Translations under genes and position numbers: made by a program | NCBI RefSeq assembly: GCF_032444005.1 | Contig: NC_091286.1 | Location: 45,136,001-45,200,000, forward strand | Source of the DNA: Ranitomeya imitator | Lineage: Eukaryota | Direction: 5' to 3' | Length of the DNA stretch: 64,000 bases | The notes under the pieces: generated by a model | The model's database searches: none | The model's input: only the letters and a program-made list of their open reading frames with translations | What the model was told of the DNA's origin: nothing | In this document: piece after piece, positions 24,929-37,884 of the stretch | Layout of the letters: each line of letters opens with the position of its first letter | How positions within the stretch are numbered: the first letter of the stretch is position 1

Positions 24929-26629
24929 TTACGGAGGTATTAGCAAACCATTTGGCACATATTGAGCGAAATTTTGTTAAATCCAAGTGGTTGTTATCAG
25001 CGTTTTCACTTCTTCTCCCTGTATGATGCTGACCAATCAAAATCATTCAGCAACAGTCAAATGAATGAAAAACACGCCCTCGCCATAGCTTAGAGCCGAT
25101 GTAAAGTAGTGTAGGGAGGAGAAGAGGGGCAGTACAGCCGAGCCGACAGTTCTTTGTGAGAAGAGCTGGTAGAAGTGTTTTGTAATGTTACACAGCCAAA
25201 CGCAGCTGTGCCAAGACTTTCCCTACAGGGACCTTATCTGAAAGGTGTGAGGCATCTGTGGGCTAATCTTCCTAATTATGCAGGAGGTTACACCGGGAGA
25301 TCAGAGCTGTATTATTACATCTCACACACTGAGAAACCTTAGCTATTGTAGGGATATGTTCTTTTTCTGCTGTATTGCTGCCGGTTTATGATTGGGCAAC
25401 TCATACTACAGGGAGAAGAAGTACACGCCCCCATTGTAAACATTCAATTGGACTTAACAAAAGTTAGATCATTAGGTACCAAATAGTTTGATAGCTAATA
25501 TCTCTACAAAGGAGAGGCAAAATTAGGAAACAAAAGGTTTATTCTGTTTTGCAGCCACCATTATATTGTGCGTCCAGTTCAACATGAAAAATCTGGTGAA
25601 AGGTCCTCTTTAGTAGAAGAAAAAAAAGAAAATATCTTGGGCCTTCAGCAGTGGTCAACTGTGCTCTGTCAATAAAGAGAGATGAGCGCCTATTGCTATG
25701 ACCATCAGCCTCTGACTTCCAGAATGAAAATAAGGAGGCTAAACTCAGGGTTATAGCTATAGGGGTAGAGTGCTAGCAGTCTCACCTAGGCATTGGTGTT
25801 GAAGGGACCCAAAGGAGAGTAAAAACGTAATGAGACATTGATCATATAAATGGCACATGATGGGTTGGTGACTGTTAAAAATGTAGCATTTTCTTCTGGC
25901 CAAATTACCGTACTATAAATCTGAGTAAGGAGCCTCTGACATTCACTATAAGTTATACTATTCTTGCCCACTTGATTGAAGTTCGCATATTACTAGAATT
26001 TTATTAAAACATCAATAGCAAATGTAAAAAATATTTTCATCTCCATCTTAGTGGAGACAATAAATCTGATAAACGCTACTGCGCAGGCGCCGGCGGCACC
26101 ATCTTGGAGGAGGCAATTTTGTTTCTTCTCTAGCAAGATGGCGTCGCTGGTGCCTGTGCAGTAACATCTATTGGATCGCCGATTGCTGCTACAGTGCAGG
26201 TGCGGCCGGTGCCATTTTGCTACAAAGTCTCAAGTACCGGTGGTGCTGACTTGTTACATTTTTGTTTGTTTTTCATCTTGACCTGCTTTTTTTGCATCTT
26301 TATGGTGTTTTAGAAATTATTTCACTTATTTGCATCAGGCCTGTGTCCAGTCATTGAGTATAAATGTCAGATCTAGAGCTTGTAAGTGTTGTTAAAACTG
26401 CCACCGATCCCAAAAATGCCACTAAAAACAAGGAAAACACTACTAGATGTGCAAAACATTTCTCAGGACTCATTCACACTTGCATATGAAAAATACAGTT
26501 TCAAAATGGATTACATTTTACAATCCGTTCAGTTGTGTTTCCATACCGTATTCATTTTTGATCGGTATTGACCTTCTGAGTTGGCTCTTTTCCATGAGAT
26601 TTGTGAACCTTTTATGTCCTTTCACTTAA

Positions 26630-26957
26630 AGGGAACCTGTCACCTGAATTTGGCGGGACCGGTTTTAGGCCATATGGGCTGAGTTTTTGGGTGTTTGATT
26701 CACCCTTTCTTTACCCGCTGGCTGCATGCTGGCCGCAATATTGGATTGAAGTTCATTCTCTGTCCTCTGTAGTACACGCCTGCACAAGGCAATCTTGCCT
26801 TGTGCAGGTGTGTACTACGGAGGACATAGAATGAACTTCAATCCAATATTGTTGACAGCATGCAGCCAGTGGGTAAGGAAAGGGTGAATCAAACACCTGA
26901 AAACTCCGCCCATATGACCAAAAACCGGTCGCGCCAAATTCAGGTGACAGGTTCCCT
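26630..26957. mobile_element. T2/Kolobok-type fold-back MITE
   Basis: TTAA|AGGGAACCTGTCACCTGAATTTGGCG...CGCCAAATTCAGGTGACAGGTTCCCT|TTAA; long internal inverted repeat. Confidence 0.9.
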
Positions 26958-29300
26958 TTAAACAAGCAAAAACAGCAAAAAAAAAATTGTTGTTGTTTAT
27001 GTAATTTTAGAGAAGCGTAGATAATAGAGATGAACAAATGGATGCCATGCAAAGTTGTATCAAATTTTCAAGAATTTGTTAAATGAATGCTCCCATTTTA
27101 CACAAAGCAGAAGATCGTATCAGCGAGGATCATAGGATCTTGGGCGTGACTGGGCGGGCTTCCACGTAATGCCTTGCAGCTATCACATCACACGGTACAG
27201 AACTCAGAAGAGACTATCACAGCCTTTATAAAAGCAAAAGCAGGGAATGCAGCAGCCATTTTCGGGAGAATCTGGATAGTGAGAGGACGTCACTGCTTAG
27301 CCATAGACATAGGGGAAAAAAAGCCATAAAACAATGAACAAATTCTACAGAGAGTATGTGATAACAATAGAAGGGAAGCTATTTACTGTATGTTGAGGTC
27401 ACTTTGGCATTATTAAGGCTGTTTTTGTGCTTTTGACTATAGAGCTTAAAAGGGGTTCAGCACAGTCCTAGGACACCTCAGAATATTATCCATGTCTGTC
27501 CAGGGCAATTGAAATACTTGCAATTCGTGGTGAATTGAACTTTGGGGAAAAAGTTGCCAAAAGATGATGAGTTTGACTTTCAAAGATTTGCTCATGTCTA
27601 ATAGATTATAATAAAAATGGAACAAATTTGCACATGTAAATACCATAGACTTTTACGGTAGACTACTATGGGCTAAAACCCATAACAATACGGATTCATT
27701 GGTACATACTGGACATAAAAAAAAAATCTTTGTACCTAAATTTAAGTAAAACATTTTTAATGAAAAAAAAAATTTGGACGTGAGAATGAGCCATAGGATT
27801 CCATCATTGCTGTATGTGAACGTGACTTTATCACATTAATATTGATTTCACGTTCATATTTAGATGTTTAAATGCCACATCATTTCCCAGATTAATATTA
27901 CAAGTATTAAATTGTCACTGGACTAAATATGCCTTCTGTTATAATAAACCAAAGATAACAATAGATTTATGGGGGGGATCAGACAGAATAAGTGCACATT
28001 AAAGAAAAGTTTTGAAAGCTTTATGTTGCTTTTATCCACTTTTTGCTGGGAAATTCAATGAAAAAATAAATATGGAGAAATAGGATGCCGACATATGAAA
28101 TACATTGATATCTGTCGCCTCGTCGATGTTCAGTATTGAAAAAAAAAAAAGTAAAAGTCTTGTTTATGTTCTTGACAGTAAAAAACGGTGCAAGCGCGGC
28201 GGCGGCGGCGGTGTAACTATTATCGGTGCAGGGGTTAAACTTACATCCGAGAGGAGATGGGAGGGAAAGCTTCATTTGGCCCATATGAGAAGATCAATAC
28301 TATGTGATAACGGGGGATTCTGTTGGAGATTTTTCTTTGGGACCCATGAGCTTAAAGTTACATTACATGATAAATCCCCATGCTTTACACCCATGATCAA
28401 AACATTGGTACACATTTGTGGATTTAAAAAAAAAACAACGCCCAAAATGTGCCCTGGAGGGGACCTCAACTGTTTTTTTTAGGGCCATCATGTATCACGT
28501 GACCTGTATATAGAAATAGACTTATGCAACTTCTAAATGACTATTTGTCCTCCTGACTTCAATTTCCGGAGAACATGCTGGGATTTGTAGTTCCACAAGA
28601 CCTGACTAAGCAGTCTTTGGCCATCTCACAGGAGTGCACAGTGTTGAAAATAAACTGTATTTGTGCTCTATAGGTAATAATGAGGCATTATGGCGCTACT
28701 CCTATCTACACACAATCCCCTGATAAATAAATAGATATATTACACGTACAACTTGCGAGGTGACGCCTGGTAAGTGTTGTAGTATATAAACATCAGCTTC
28801 CATAGAAAAAAAAAGAGAAGAAAATATTCTCTTTGTCCTCCACGAGCCATAACTCCTTATTATTTGTAGGAAGGTGATCCATAACAAGCTGCATCCGTTA
28901 GAAATTCTGCACGAATGTCTGTGATATAGGATATTATATTGGAAAATTCACCAAAAAATAAAGTTAATAGCCATCAATGCTGCATTTGTAAATGAATGTG
29001 TACATGTAGGAAAGGTAGGAGCTGTCAGTCACGCGTTCCTCCAGTTCAGGTAAATGTGACAAATGCAAATTCTGGGATCCATCCTGCCACGTGTGCATTA
29101 ATATGTTGCACATTTAGGCTCATTAGTGGCAAAGAAAAAGTTGACTCCAGTTATTCTTATGACGCCTAGTTTCCATTTATCCGCCCATATGTCTTTTTTC
29201 TTTTTTTTTCTTTTTTGTTGTTTTTTTTACCTCCAGACCACTACAAAAACACCAGAGCGACACTGATCTAGAAACTGATCTAGAAACTGATCCGATTGAT

Positions 29301-29836
29301 TGCACCGGTGCTCAGGAAGGATATAATGGAACTAGAGAGAGTACAAAGGAGGGCAACAAAATTAATAAAGGGGATGGGAGAACTACAATACCCAGATAGA
29401 TTAGCGAAATTAGGATTATTTAGTCTAGAAAAAAGACGACTGAGGGGCGATCTAATAACCATGTATAAGTATATAAGGGGACAATACAAATATCTCGCTG
29501 AGGATCTGTTTATACCAAGGAAGGTGACGGGCACAAGGGGGCATTCTTTGCGTCTGGAGGAGAGAAGGTTTTTCCACCAACATAGAAGAGGATTCTTTAC
29601 TGTTAGGGCAGTGAGAATCTGGAATTGCTTGCCTGAGGAGGTGGTGATGGCGAACTCAGTCGAGGGGTTCAAGAGAGGCCTGGATGTCTTCCTGGAGCAG
29701 AACAATATTGTATCATACAATTATTAGGTTCTGTAGAAGGACGTAGATCTGGGTATTTATTATAATGGAATATAGGCTGAACTGGATGGACAAATGTCTT
29801 TTTTCGGCCTTACTAACTATGTTACTATGTTACTAT
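29301..29836 (+). mobile_element. CR1 LINE, 5'-truncated (ORF2 C-terminus + 3' UTR)
   Basis: LERVQRRATKLIKGM...RLAKLGLFSLEKRRLRGDLITMYKYIRG...TRGHSLRLEERRF...GFFTVRAVRIWNCLP, then (ACTATGTT)n tail. Confidence 0.92.
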
Positions 29837-30889
29837 ATTTCTTTGGGATCGCTCCCATTCATACAGTGCATCAGACCCCCTGATCGGAAAATGCTGAATC
29901 TTGCATTTTTCATCAATTTTGCAATTAAAATAACTTATAAATGAGGCCCTTATGACATTGTGATCTCAGTTGAGGCAAAAAAATTAATCCTTGCACGCTG
30001 GATAAATGGTAATCCGGTATTACTCCAAATATTTAAAGAAAATCGCAACTTTGGTTTCTGTTGTAAACAAAAAAAAAATTGCCAGGTGGAATTTTCAACT
30101 TTTTAGAAAGTTGCAAACTTTTTCTTTTTTCGTTTTTTTGTGCAAATGTATTACACTGTCTGGGTGGCACAGATGACTAGGCTAGAAGGCTAAACTAAAA
30201 TCTGACAAAAATATATTTTTTATTCTATTATGAAGTTTTAAAAAAATTTCTCATCGGATAAAGTGTTTACAATCTAATGGTTTCATGACATTTCTATGCA
30301 CATTTCCCACATATTCTGAAAGTCTTCTTTTCATACAATTTTTACTTTTGATGTATGAGAGCAATTTTATGTCTAATGTAATCTTGTACCATAAAGGATG
30401 CGGAAATGCAAATATTTTTTACTGGCTTTCTTTAGCTGTGTCCATAGTAAATCTGTTTTCTCCTTGTATAAAAAAAATGGAGGCTTACTTACTGTCAGCT
30501 GGTGTGTCTGTCACACCACTTATTTCTTGCATTGCTTAAACTTCAGCATACACTGTGCAACATTCTGATAAATCTCACACAAGGCCCATTGGCCCCAAAA
30601 ATACAAATTCCAAAAAACATTCCATTCATAATATTTCATAATACTCAATTCCCTATAAATATATATTGGGGAAAGCTGTCAAGAGGGGAATTATTGAAGT
30701 CATTTTTCCTCATGGCTGTGTTGCTCTTGTTTGCATCAAATGTATTAAAGTGTCGCATGATGTTTCATAAATTTGTCAGATATTTACACATACTTTTTTC
30801 TAGAGATGTATTTCCAATTTTTTTGCTTCACCTCCTTCTGGACTTTGTGCAACTTTTTTTGTTTAAAGTAGCAATATGTAATTCTGTAT

Positions 30890-31491
30890 NNNNNNNNNNN
30901 NNNNNNNNNNNNNNNNNNNNNNNNNNNNNNNNNNNNNNNNNNNNNNNNNNNNNNNNNNNNNNNNNNNNNNNNNNNNNNNNNNNNNNNNNNNNNNNNNNNN
31001 NNNNNNNNNNNNNNNNNNNNNNNNNNNNNNNNNNNNNNNNNNNNNNNNNNNNNNNNNNNNNNNNNNNNNNNNNNNNNNNNNNNNNNNNNNNNNNNNNNNN
31101 NNNNNNNNNNNNNNNNNNNNNNNNNNNNNNNNNNNNNNNNNNNNNNNNNNNNNNNNNNNNNNNNNNNNNNNNNNNNNNNNNNNNNNNNNNNNNNNNNNNN
31201 NNNNNNNNNNNNNNNNNNNNNNNNNNNNNNNNNNNNNNNNNNNNNNNNNNNNNNNNNNNNNNNNNNNNNNNNNNNNNNNNNNNNNNNNNNNNNNNNNNNN
31301 NNNNNNNNNNNNNNNNTTGAGCTGAAAAGTTGCCCAGACATGTGGGTAATTTAAACCCTGCACATTTCTATATTGGAACTATGGAGTACTGCCTCTTTAT
31401 TTGAAGTTTTATGAAGTTTGGATGATTGGTGGACTGATTGTCTGGGGGCCTTGCACCCGAAGATAAGGATTTTGTGCTGTTCCTTCTTTTT

Positions 31492-31552
<61 letters not shown>

Positions 31553-33043
31553 AAGATAGATAAAATATAGATAGATAATAGATAGCTAATAGATAGATGG
31601 ATGNNNNNNNNNNNNNNNNNNNNNNNNNNNNNNNNNNNNNNNNNNNNNNNNNNNNNNNNNNNNNNNNNNNNNNNNNNNNNNNNNNNNNNNNNNNNNNNNN
31701 NNNNNNNNNNNNNNNNNNNNNNNNNNNNNNNNNNNNNNNNNNNNNNNNNNNNNNNNNNNNNNNNNNGATGATAGAAAGATAGNNNNNNNNNNNNNNNNNN
31801 NNNNNNNNNNNNNNNNNNNNNNNNNNNNNNNNNNNNNNNNNNNNNNNNNNNNNNNNNNNNNNNNNNNNNNNNNNNNNNNNNNNNNNNNNNNNNNNNNNNN
31901 NNNNNNNNNNNNNNNNNNNNNNNNAAACAGCACTCCATATGGCAGTAATAAGGTGCTCTTTATTGGCCCATGTGGCGAAGTTTCGGTCCNNNNNNNNNNN
32001 NNNNNNNNNNNNNNNNNNNNNNNNNNNNNNNNNNNNNNNNNNNNNNNNNNNNNNNNNNNNNNNNNNNNNNNNNNNNNNNNNNNNNNNNNNNNNNNNNNNN
32101 NNNNNNNNNNNNNNNNNNNNNNNNNNNNNNNNNNNNNNNNNNNNNNNNNNNNNNNNNNNNNNNNNNNNNNNNNNNNNGATAGATAGATATGAGGTAGATA
32201 GATAATCGACTTACACGGAATACTTTCAGAAGAAACACAGACACATATACTTCTCCTGAATAAATAGATTGATTCCTATGTGATGAATAGATAAACCTAT
32301 AGAAGACAATTATATTGTGGTATTTGGACCATTTTACTATCTATAAGCAAAAAAAAAACAGGTTTATAATATCATATTTATAATCACTTTTGCTGCTAAT
32401 ATTAGTGATTTGTAGCATTATTATTATTATTATTAATATTATTATTTATTTGTATAGCACCATTGATTCAATGGTGCTGTACATGAGAAGGGGTTACATA
32501 CAGGGTTATAGATATCGTTTAAAAAGTTTACATTGACAGACTGGTACAGAGGGGAGAGGACCCTGTCATAGCTGCACTCCTAATATTGACCTTTTACCGT
32601 TTTGTGTTTCTTGCATCTTAATATTTCTCTGTGACTATACTTCGATAGTGGAAGTAAAATCTAGAGCTGTGGGAAACTGACTAAAAAGAGGATTACAGCA
32701 GAACCTCAGGAGAAAATAATGGGAGATAAAAATAATAATTATAATAATAATTATAATAACAACAACAACAGCAACAGTACAATATCAGCAATATAAAATT
32801 GCTACTTTACTGTTGTCATTAGAAAACTTTGGTAATAATGATACATTTAAGNNNNNNNNNNNNNNNNNNNNNNNNNNNNNNNNNNNNNNNNNNNNNNNNN
32901 NNNNNNNNNNNNNNNNNNNNNNNNNNNNNNNNNNNNNNNNNNNNNNNNNNNNNNNNNNNNNNNNNNNNNNNNNNNNNNNNNNNNNNNNNNNNNNNNNNNN
33001 NNNNNNNNNNNNNNNNNNNNNNNNNNNNNNNNNNNNNNNNNNA
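30890..33043. other. Cluster of N gaps associated with (GATA)n microsatellite
   Basis: Several N runs of irregular length; (GATA)n at about 31493-31600 and 32178-32200 flanks them. Confidence 0.9.
32417..32570 (-). mobile_element. L2-type LINE 3' end fragment
   Basis: Same 3' terminus as 48955-49090 and 53894-54051 (CATGTACAGCACCATGGAAT...(AAT)n). Confidence 0.7.
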
Positions 33044-34263
33044 ATGTATTGTGCTGCATTACAATTAATATGGTAGACATGAAATGAATATGGGGAAACA
33101 GAAAAAAAAATGTTTGGGGTAATAATTATCAATAAAAAAATGTTTGGGGTAATAATTATTGACATTTTTATGATGCATGGCATTTTTCCTTTTGCCAATT
33201 ATACTGAGTTAAAAATGATAGAGTAGAACAAATCATGTATGTATAACTACTATTATTATCATTAATAACATTTGATATCAATACTAATTTATTGATTTAG
33301 ATGTTTAGATGTTCATATAATGTAGTCCTAAGTGTTAACTTTGTTTTCTAAGACAATAATTATTCCTTCCTATAGATGATAATGGGTGTAATTATTGCTG
33401 AGAAGTTTGCAGATACCAGATAATACTCTGCTGGGGCTACAGGTACATGTGGAGCTAGTGATTAATAAGGGCTGAGCTGTACACTGAAGAGTCGCAGCGC
33501 TGAGCTGTATAGAAGGGGATAAGATCAGTGTCTTCTAACAATGAGGATTCTATTTATAATAATCCACATATACAGAGTGCAGGGATAACTCCTGATTGAT
33601 GGGTCACCTGGCAGTGCACAATTGTCGCAGCAGCTACAATTACAGCTATAGAGTTAATCTGAAAACATAGCATTTGGAAAAACATGCACTCAGTTCATCT
33701 GGCAGAGAAAAAAAAGATTGCTGGAACTTGTGGTGTACAACCATACGTGCAATTCTATTGTATTATTGTGCTCAAAATTCCTGAAACCTGGAGCAATCAC
33801 TCAACAGAAGGTGAGAGCTAACCAAAACCTAGAAATGTCAGGGCAATGCTCTGCAAGGTGTTTGCCACTTCAGTTGTGGAACTACTACTCTCAGCAACTT
33901 CCAGCATGAAACAGCTGTAAAGCAAGTCTGCAGACCATTGCACTAGAATAGTGAGAAAAAAAATGTGTAAAGGAAAAGTGAAGGAAATTGTTGTCTTCTC
34001 TTTTCCAAATTGGCTGGAAAAAAAACCCAACTTATATAACTGCATTAAAAAAACAACTGAAATTTGACGGAGATCTTTAACCACTGGCTATATGTTTATT
34101 TTTCCACGATTGTTATGAAGTTTAGGGCATTTTTATTTATATGTGTAAAATGTATCACAACGGATGTGGAATCAGTTATATAGAAATTATGAAAGCACAA
34201 GTAATATTTTCAATACTCCTATTTTATTATAAAATAAAAGCAGGGATAACTCCGAATGATTTT

Positions 34264-34267
<4 letters not shown>

Positions 34268-34317
<50 letters not shown>
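34268..34317. repeat. (TA)n microsatellite (others at about 36766-36816, 37821-37881, 38692-38736, 39412-39462, 39778-39853)
   Basis: Direct inspection. Confidence 0.9.
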
Positions 34318-34320
<3 letters not shown>

Positions 34321-35208
34321 AAAACAATGTCAACTGTCCTGACCCAAAGCTTAATGGGGCAGATAATGTCATTTGGAGGGGTGTTGGAAAGTGCTTTGAT
34401 TTGGGCAATAAGTAGATGCTGATCCTGACACAAGGTCTGATTAAATACCCTGGATGATGACCTTGTACACAGGACACTTGCACTTTATAGAGAGTTTATA
34501 TGAAAAAAAAAATGAAATGTACTTGGAGACAGAAGGAGAGGTGCTTAGTTCAGTTTTGCTCCTGTGAGCCTCAGTTTTTATGGATCCCGGAGGTCCTGAT
34601 GGTGTATACATTTTTTAATGAAAAAAAAAATGATGTAGCTGTTGCTTAACATACATTCTTGAAGTTGATGTTTGAGCTTAGAAAAGGTGGACTGGAGTGA
34701 AGGTCACATGGGGTGGAGCTGATGCCTTCTGCTTTACTCCTGACAGCACATGACCACAAAAATAAAGCTTCTAGCCAAATAATGCACTGGTGACTCTGTA
34801 GGATCATAATTCTATAACCATTATGAACCCAGGTTCGTTATGTAAGATAAAAATAGGATGATATTTGAGTTTAATAAAGTGTGACAGTGCATGGAATTAG
34901 CTCCTGGCACAGCGATGGCATGAAACCCTGAGGGCGACTTCTCCATGAAGTACTTGAAGGATGTGATGATATATCAATACTGGAGATACTTGGAGGAGCA
35001 GTGGGCTCATTATAACTTATAAGGTTGAATAATAATGTAATATTGGAAGCTTATACAAGGTAGTAGTGATGCCTAAAGGACATCTGGAGTGATGTCGGTG
35101 CCCATTACTGTACCTTCTCTCCACAGATTACAGGGCCAACCATGTTGTCATTAACGGAGTCACTATCCATATTGTAGCGTTGTAGAGTCTTACTGAGCTG
35201 AATAAATC

Positions 35209-35512
35209 TTAAGAGCCAAGGTCCACCAAGTTTGATGACATTGGGTTGAGGATTGAGTCTTGCAAAGTGTGATGGTGCATGCTATCTGCGCCTGGTACAG
35301 GGATCGCGCTGGGGCCCTGAGGATGACCCATTCCATGAAGTGCCTGGAGTCCGGGGTTGGAGGTGAGCAGCAGGGCCGGACTGTGCGAGGTGTGGTCTGG
35401 GGTGCCTGATGGCGTTTTGTCGTCGTCGGAACTTCCTAATACAGTTTTTCCTCCATTTATCGAAGATGACAAAGCGTTGTGACTGTTGGAATTGGAGTTT
35501 TCGTTATTCTCC
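35209..35512 (-). CDS. six2: Homeobox protein SIX2, exon 2 (C-terminal region)
   Basis: Acceptor tttttaag|G in phase with exon 1; encodes [12 protein letters not shown]...[17 protein letters not shown]...[18 protein letters not shown], matching the SIX2 C-terminus. Joined CDS 864 nt = 287 aa + TAA. Confidence 0.95.
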
Positions 35513-36164
35513 CTTAAAAATAACAGATATTTATACATATAAATCATAAATGTCAGCACCCACCTACCAAGTTACTCTATCTCCAGTATGTATTATTTAT
35601 CCATCTATGATCTATTTATCTATTATCTATCTATCCATCTATCTATTATCTATCTATCTATCTATTATTTATCTTTCTGCACCTACTTACTGTTAAAAAG
35701 CAACACTCTATAATGAGATAATAAGACTGCAGACATTCAGAAAGGCTTTAATAATTTGAAAAGAGGGAAAAGTCATCATATGGGTTAATAAAAGACTGTA
35801 CATTTTCCATCTGATTCTAGACTGCTGCCTTTTTTTTAAATAGTATATTTGTGGATACTTTTTTTTCTGACAACCTTGTAGGCTTTTGAGCCATTAAAAT
35901 TTGAAAAAGTGCTTCTGATCTTTTTCTATTTCTGATCTATCCATCTATTTATCTAGCTATNNNNNNNNNNNNNNNNNNNNNNNNNNNNNNNNNNNNNNNN
36001 NNNNNNNNNNNNNNNNNNNNNNNNNNNNNNNNNNNNNNNNNNNNNNNNNNNNNNNNNNNNNNNNNNNNNNNNNNNNNNNNNNNNNNNNNNNNNNNNNNNN
36101 NNNNNNNNNNNNNNNNNNGCAATGCATTTCATGTAAACATTATAAATCACTGCAATAGAATCCT

Positions 36165-36380
36165 ATTTAGAATTGAGAGTCCTCAGTGGTTGATACCTTT
36201 TAATGGCTAACTGAAAAGATGGTAACAAATTGCAAGCTTTCAAGACTACACAGTATTGAAAGCTTGCAATTTGTTACCATCTTTTCAGTTAGCCATTAAA
36301 AGGTATCAACCACTGAGGACTCTCAATTCTAAATATTTTTCTATCTACTGGCTAACACGGTACCAGGATATATTTCTTTC
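36165..36380 (+). mobile_element. Short Penelope-like inverted-repeat insertion in six2 intron
   Basis: Perfect 80 bp inverted arms (36164-36243 / 36256-36335), 12 nt spacer, 45 bp unpaired tail, and 15 bp direct repeat CTGCAATA(G/A)AATCCT at 36150-36164 and 36381-36395. Confidence 0.65.
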
Positions 36381-36470
36381 CTGCAATAAAATCCTGGAAT
36401 CCTAACTCTTGTATAACTAGAAGTCTCAGCATATCTATGAAAATGCAGTTCTACAGATGGTCACATCGCA

Positions 36471-36509
<39 letters not shown>

Positions 36510-36759
36510 TATCGGTCTATCTATCTCTCTACCTATCTCTCTCTCTATCTATTTAGCTATTATCTATCTATCTATCTATCTACAGCATCTATTTATCTAT
36601 TATCTATTTATCTATCTATTATCTATCAATTTATCTATTATCTATGTATCTAGGTATTTATTATCTATCTTTTTATATATCTGTCTCTCACTCCCTCCTT
36701 GAGTTCACTCTTGCAAATACACACGTGTTAGTATGTGTCTCTCTTGTAAACATATATAC

Positions 36760-36816
<57 letters not shown>

Positions 36817-37685
36817 GTGGTTGTTTACACGGACATTATACACTAGACTATATTGGTAAAATACAGAAAAGAATAGTATATACCTGCTCACTACACTACT
36901 GATTACCAGGAGTCTATTTTTAGGAGATTGTTCAGCATTAATCCTTGCTCCCTTCTGCTTTTATGCAAAGGTTCCTGTTTCTTTCATTGCCGAGCACAAA
37001 ACTCTACAAGATTAACCCTTCCTAACCTGGGCTAATACCCCTAGTCTCCTGTAATATTATAAATACCATCACCGAGTGCAAATGAAGAGATCGGTTTAGT
37101 TGTTAAATCATAGAAGATATTATCGTAATTAAAAGTGTACAGAATTGCCACAAGTTTCATTAAAGGCAAAACATATTCTACCTATCAACTATCCTTAGTG
37201 GCAAGTAGGGTCATTGATACTGGTGAATGAATTGTCACTTATGTTTTCAAACATTTCACCAGTTACTCTGTGAGGGGTTAACCTTGGTTGATTTTCCAGT
37301 AATTCTATTTGAGCAGCAGTCTCCAACCTAGGTCTTTCCAGCAGTGTAGATGGTACAACTCCCAGCAGGCACATACAGCTGGATGATGGGTGTTACAGTA
37401 CCTGATCAGCCGGACTGCAGCTCCGCACGCATCAATAGGACGTAGTAAGCTGTGGTTACAGGCTAGGAACTGTCATTGTGCAGCAGATTCATGCTGGGGG
37501 TTGTAGTTTCTCAACAGCTGGCAGTATGTTATATATATGTTTTACGTTTTTATGAATATTATCTCAAGTTACATATTATGTTACATTCAACGTTCAGCTC
37601 AGTGTTCCCATATCACATCGATAATAAATATATGCATATGTATCAGAGGAAAACTGTGCAATGACTTTGGATGAACAATCACGGA

Positions 37686-37730
<45 letters not shown>

Positions 37731-37817
37731 GTGTCATAATAGGATTACTCACTTTTCCATTAGAATACATAGTCTCCCAAGCAGAGGAAAAAAAAACTTT
37801 TAGATAACAGACGATGA

Positions 37818-37884
<67 letters not shown>

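Noticed and set aside
29296-29727. 143 aa ORF as a host gene
   Set aside because: It is the CR1 ORF2 C-terminus followed by the CR1 3' UTR and tail.
30502-33198. ORFs spanning N runs
   Set aside because: Artefacts of translating gaps.
1-35000. six3, the usual neighbour 3' of six2
   Set aside because: No second Six-domain ORF is present; if synteny holds it lies left of the window.
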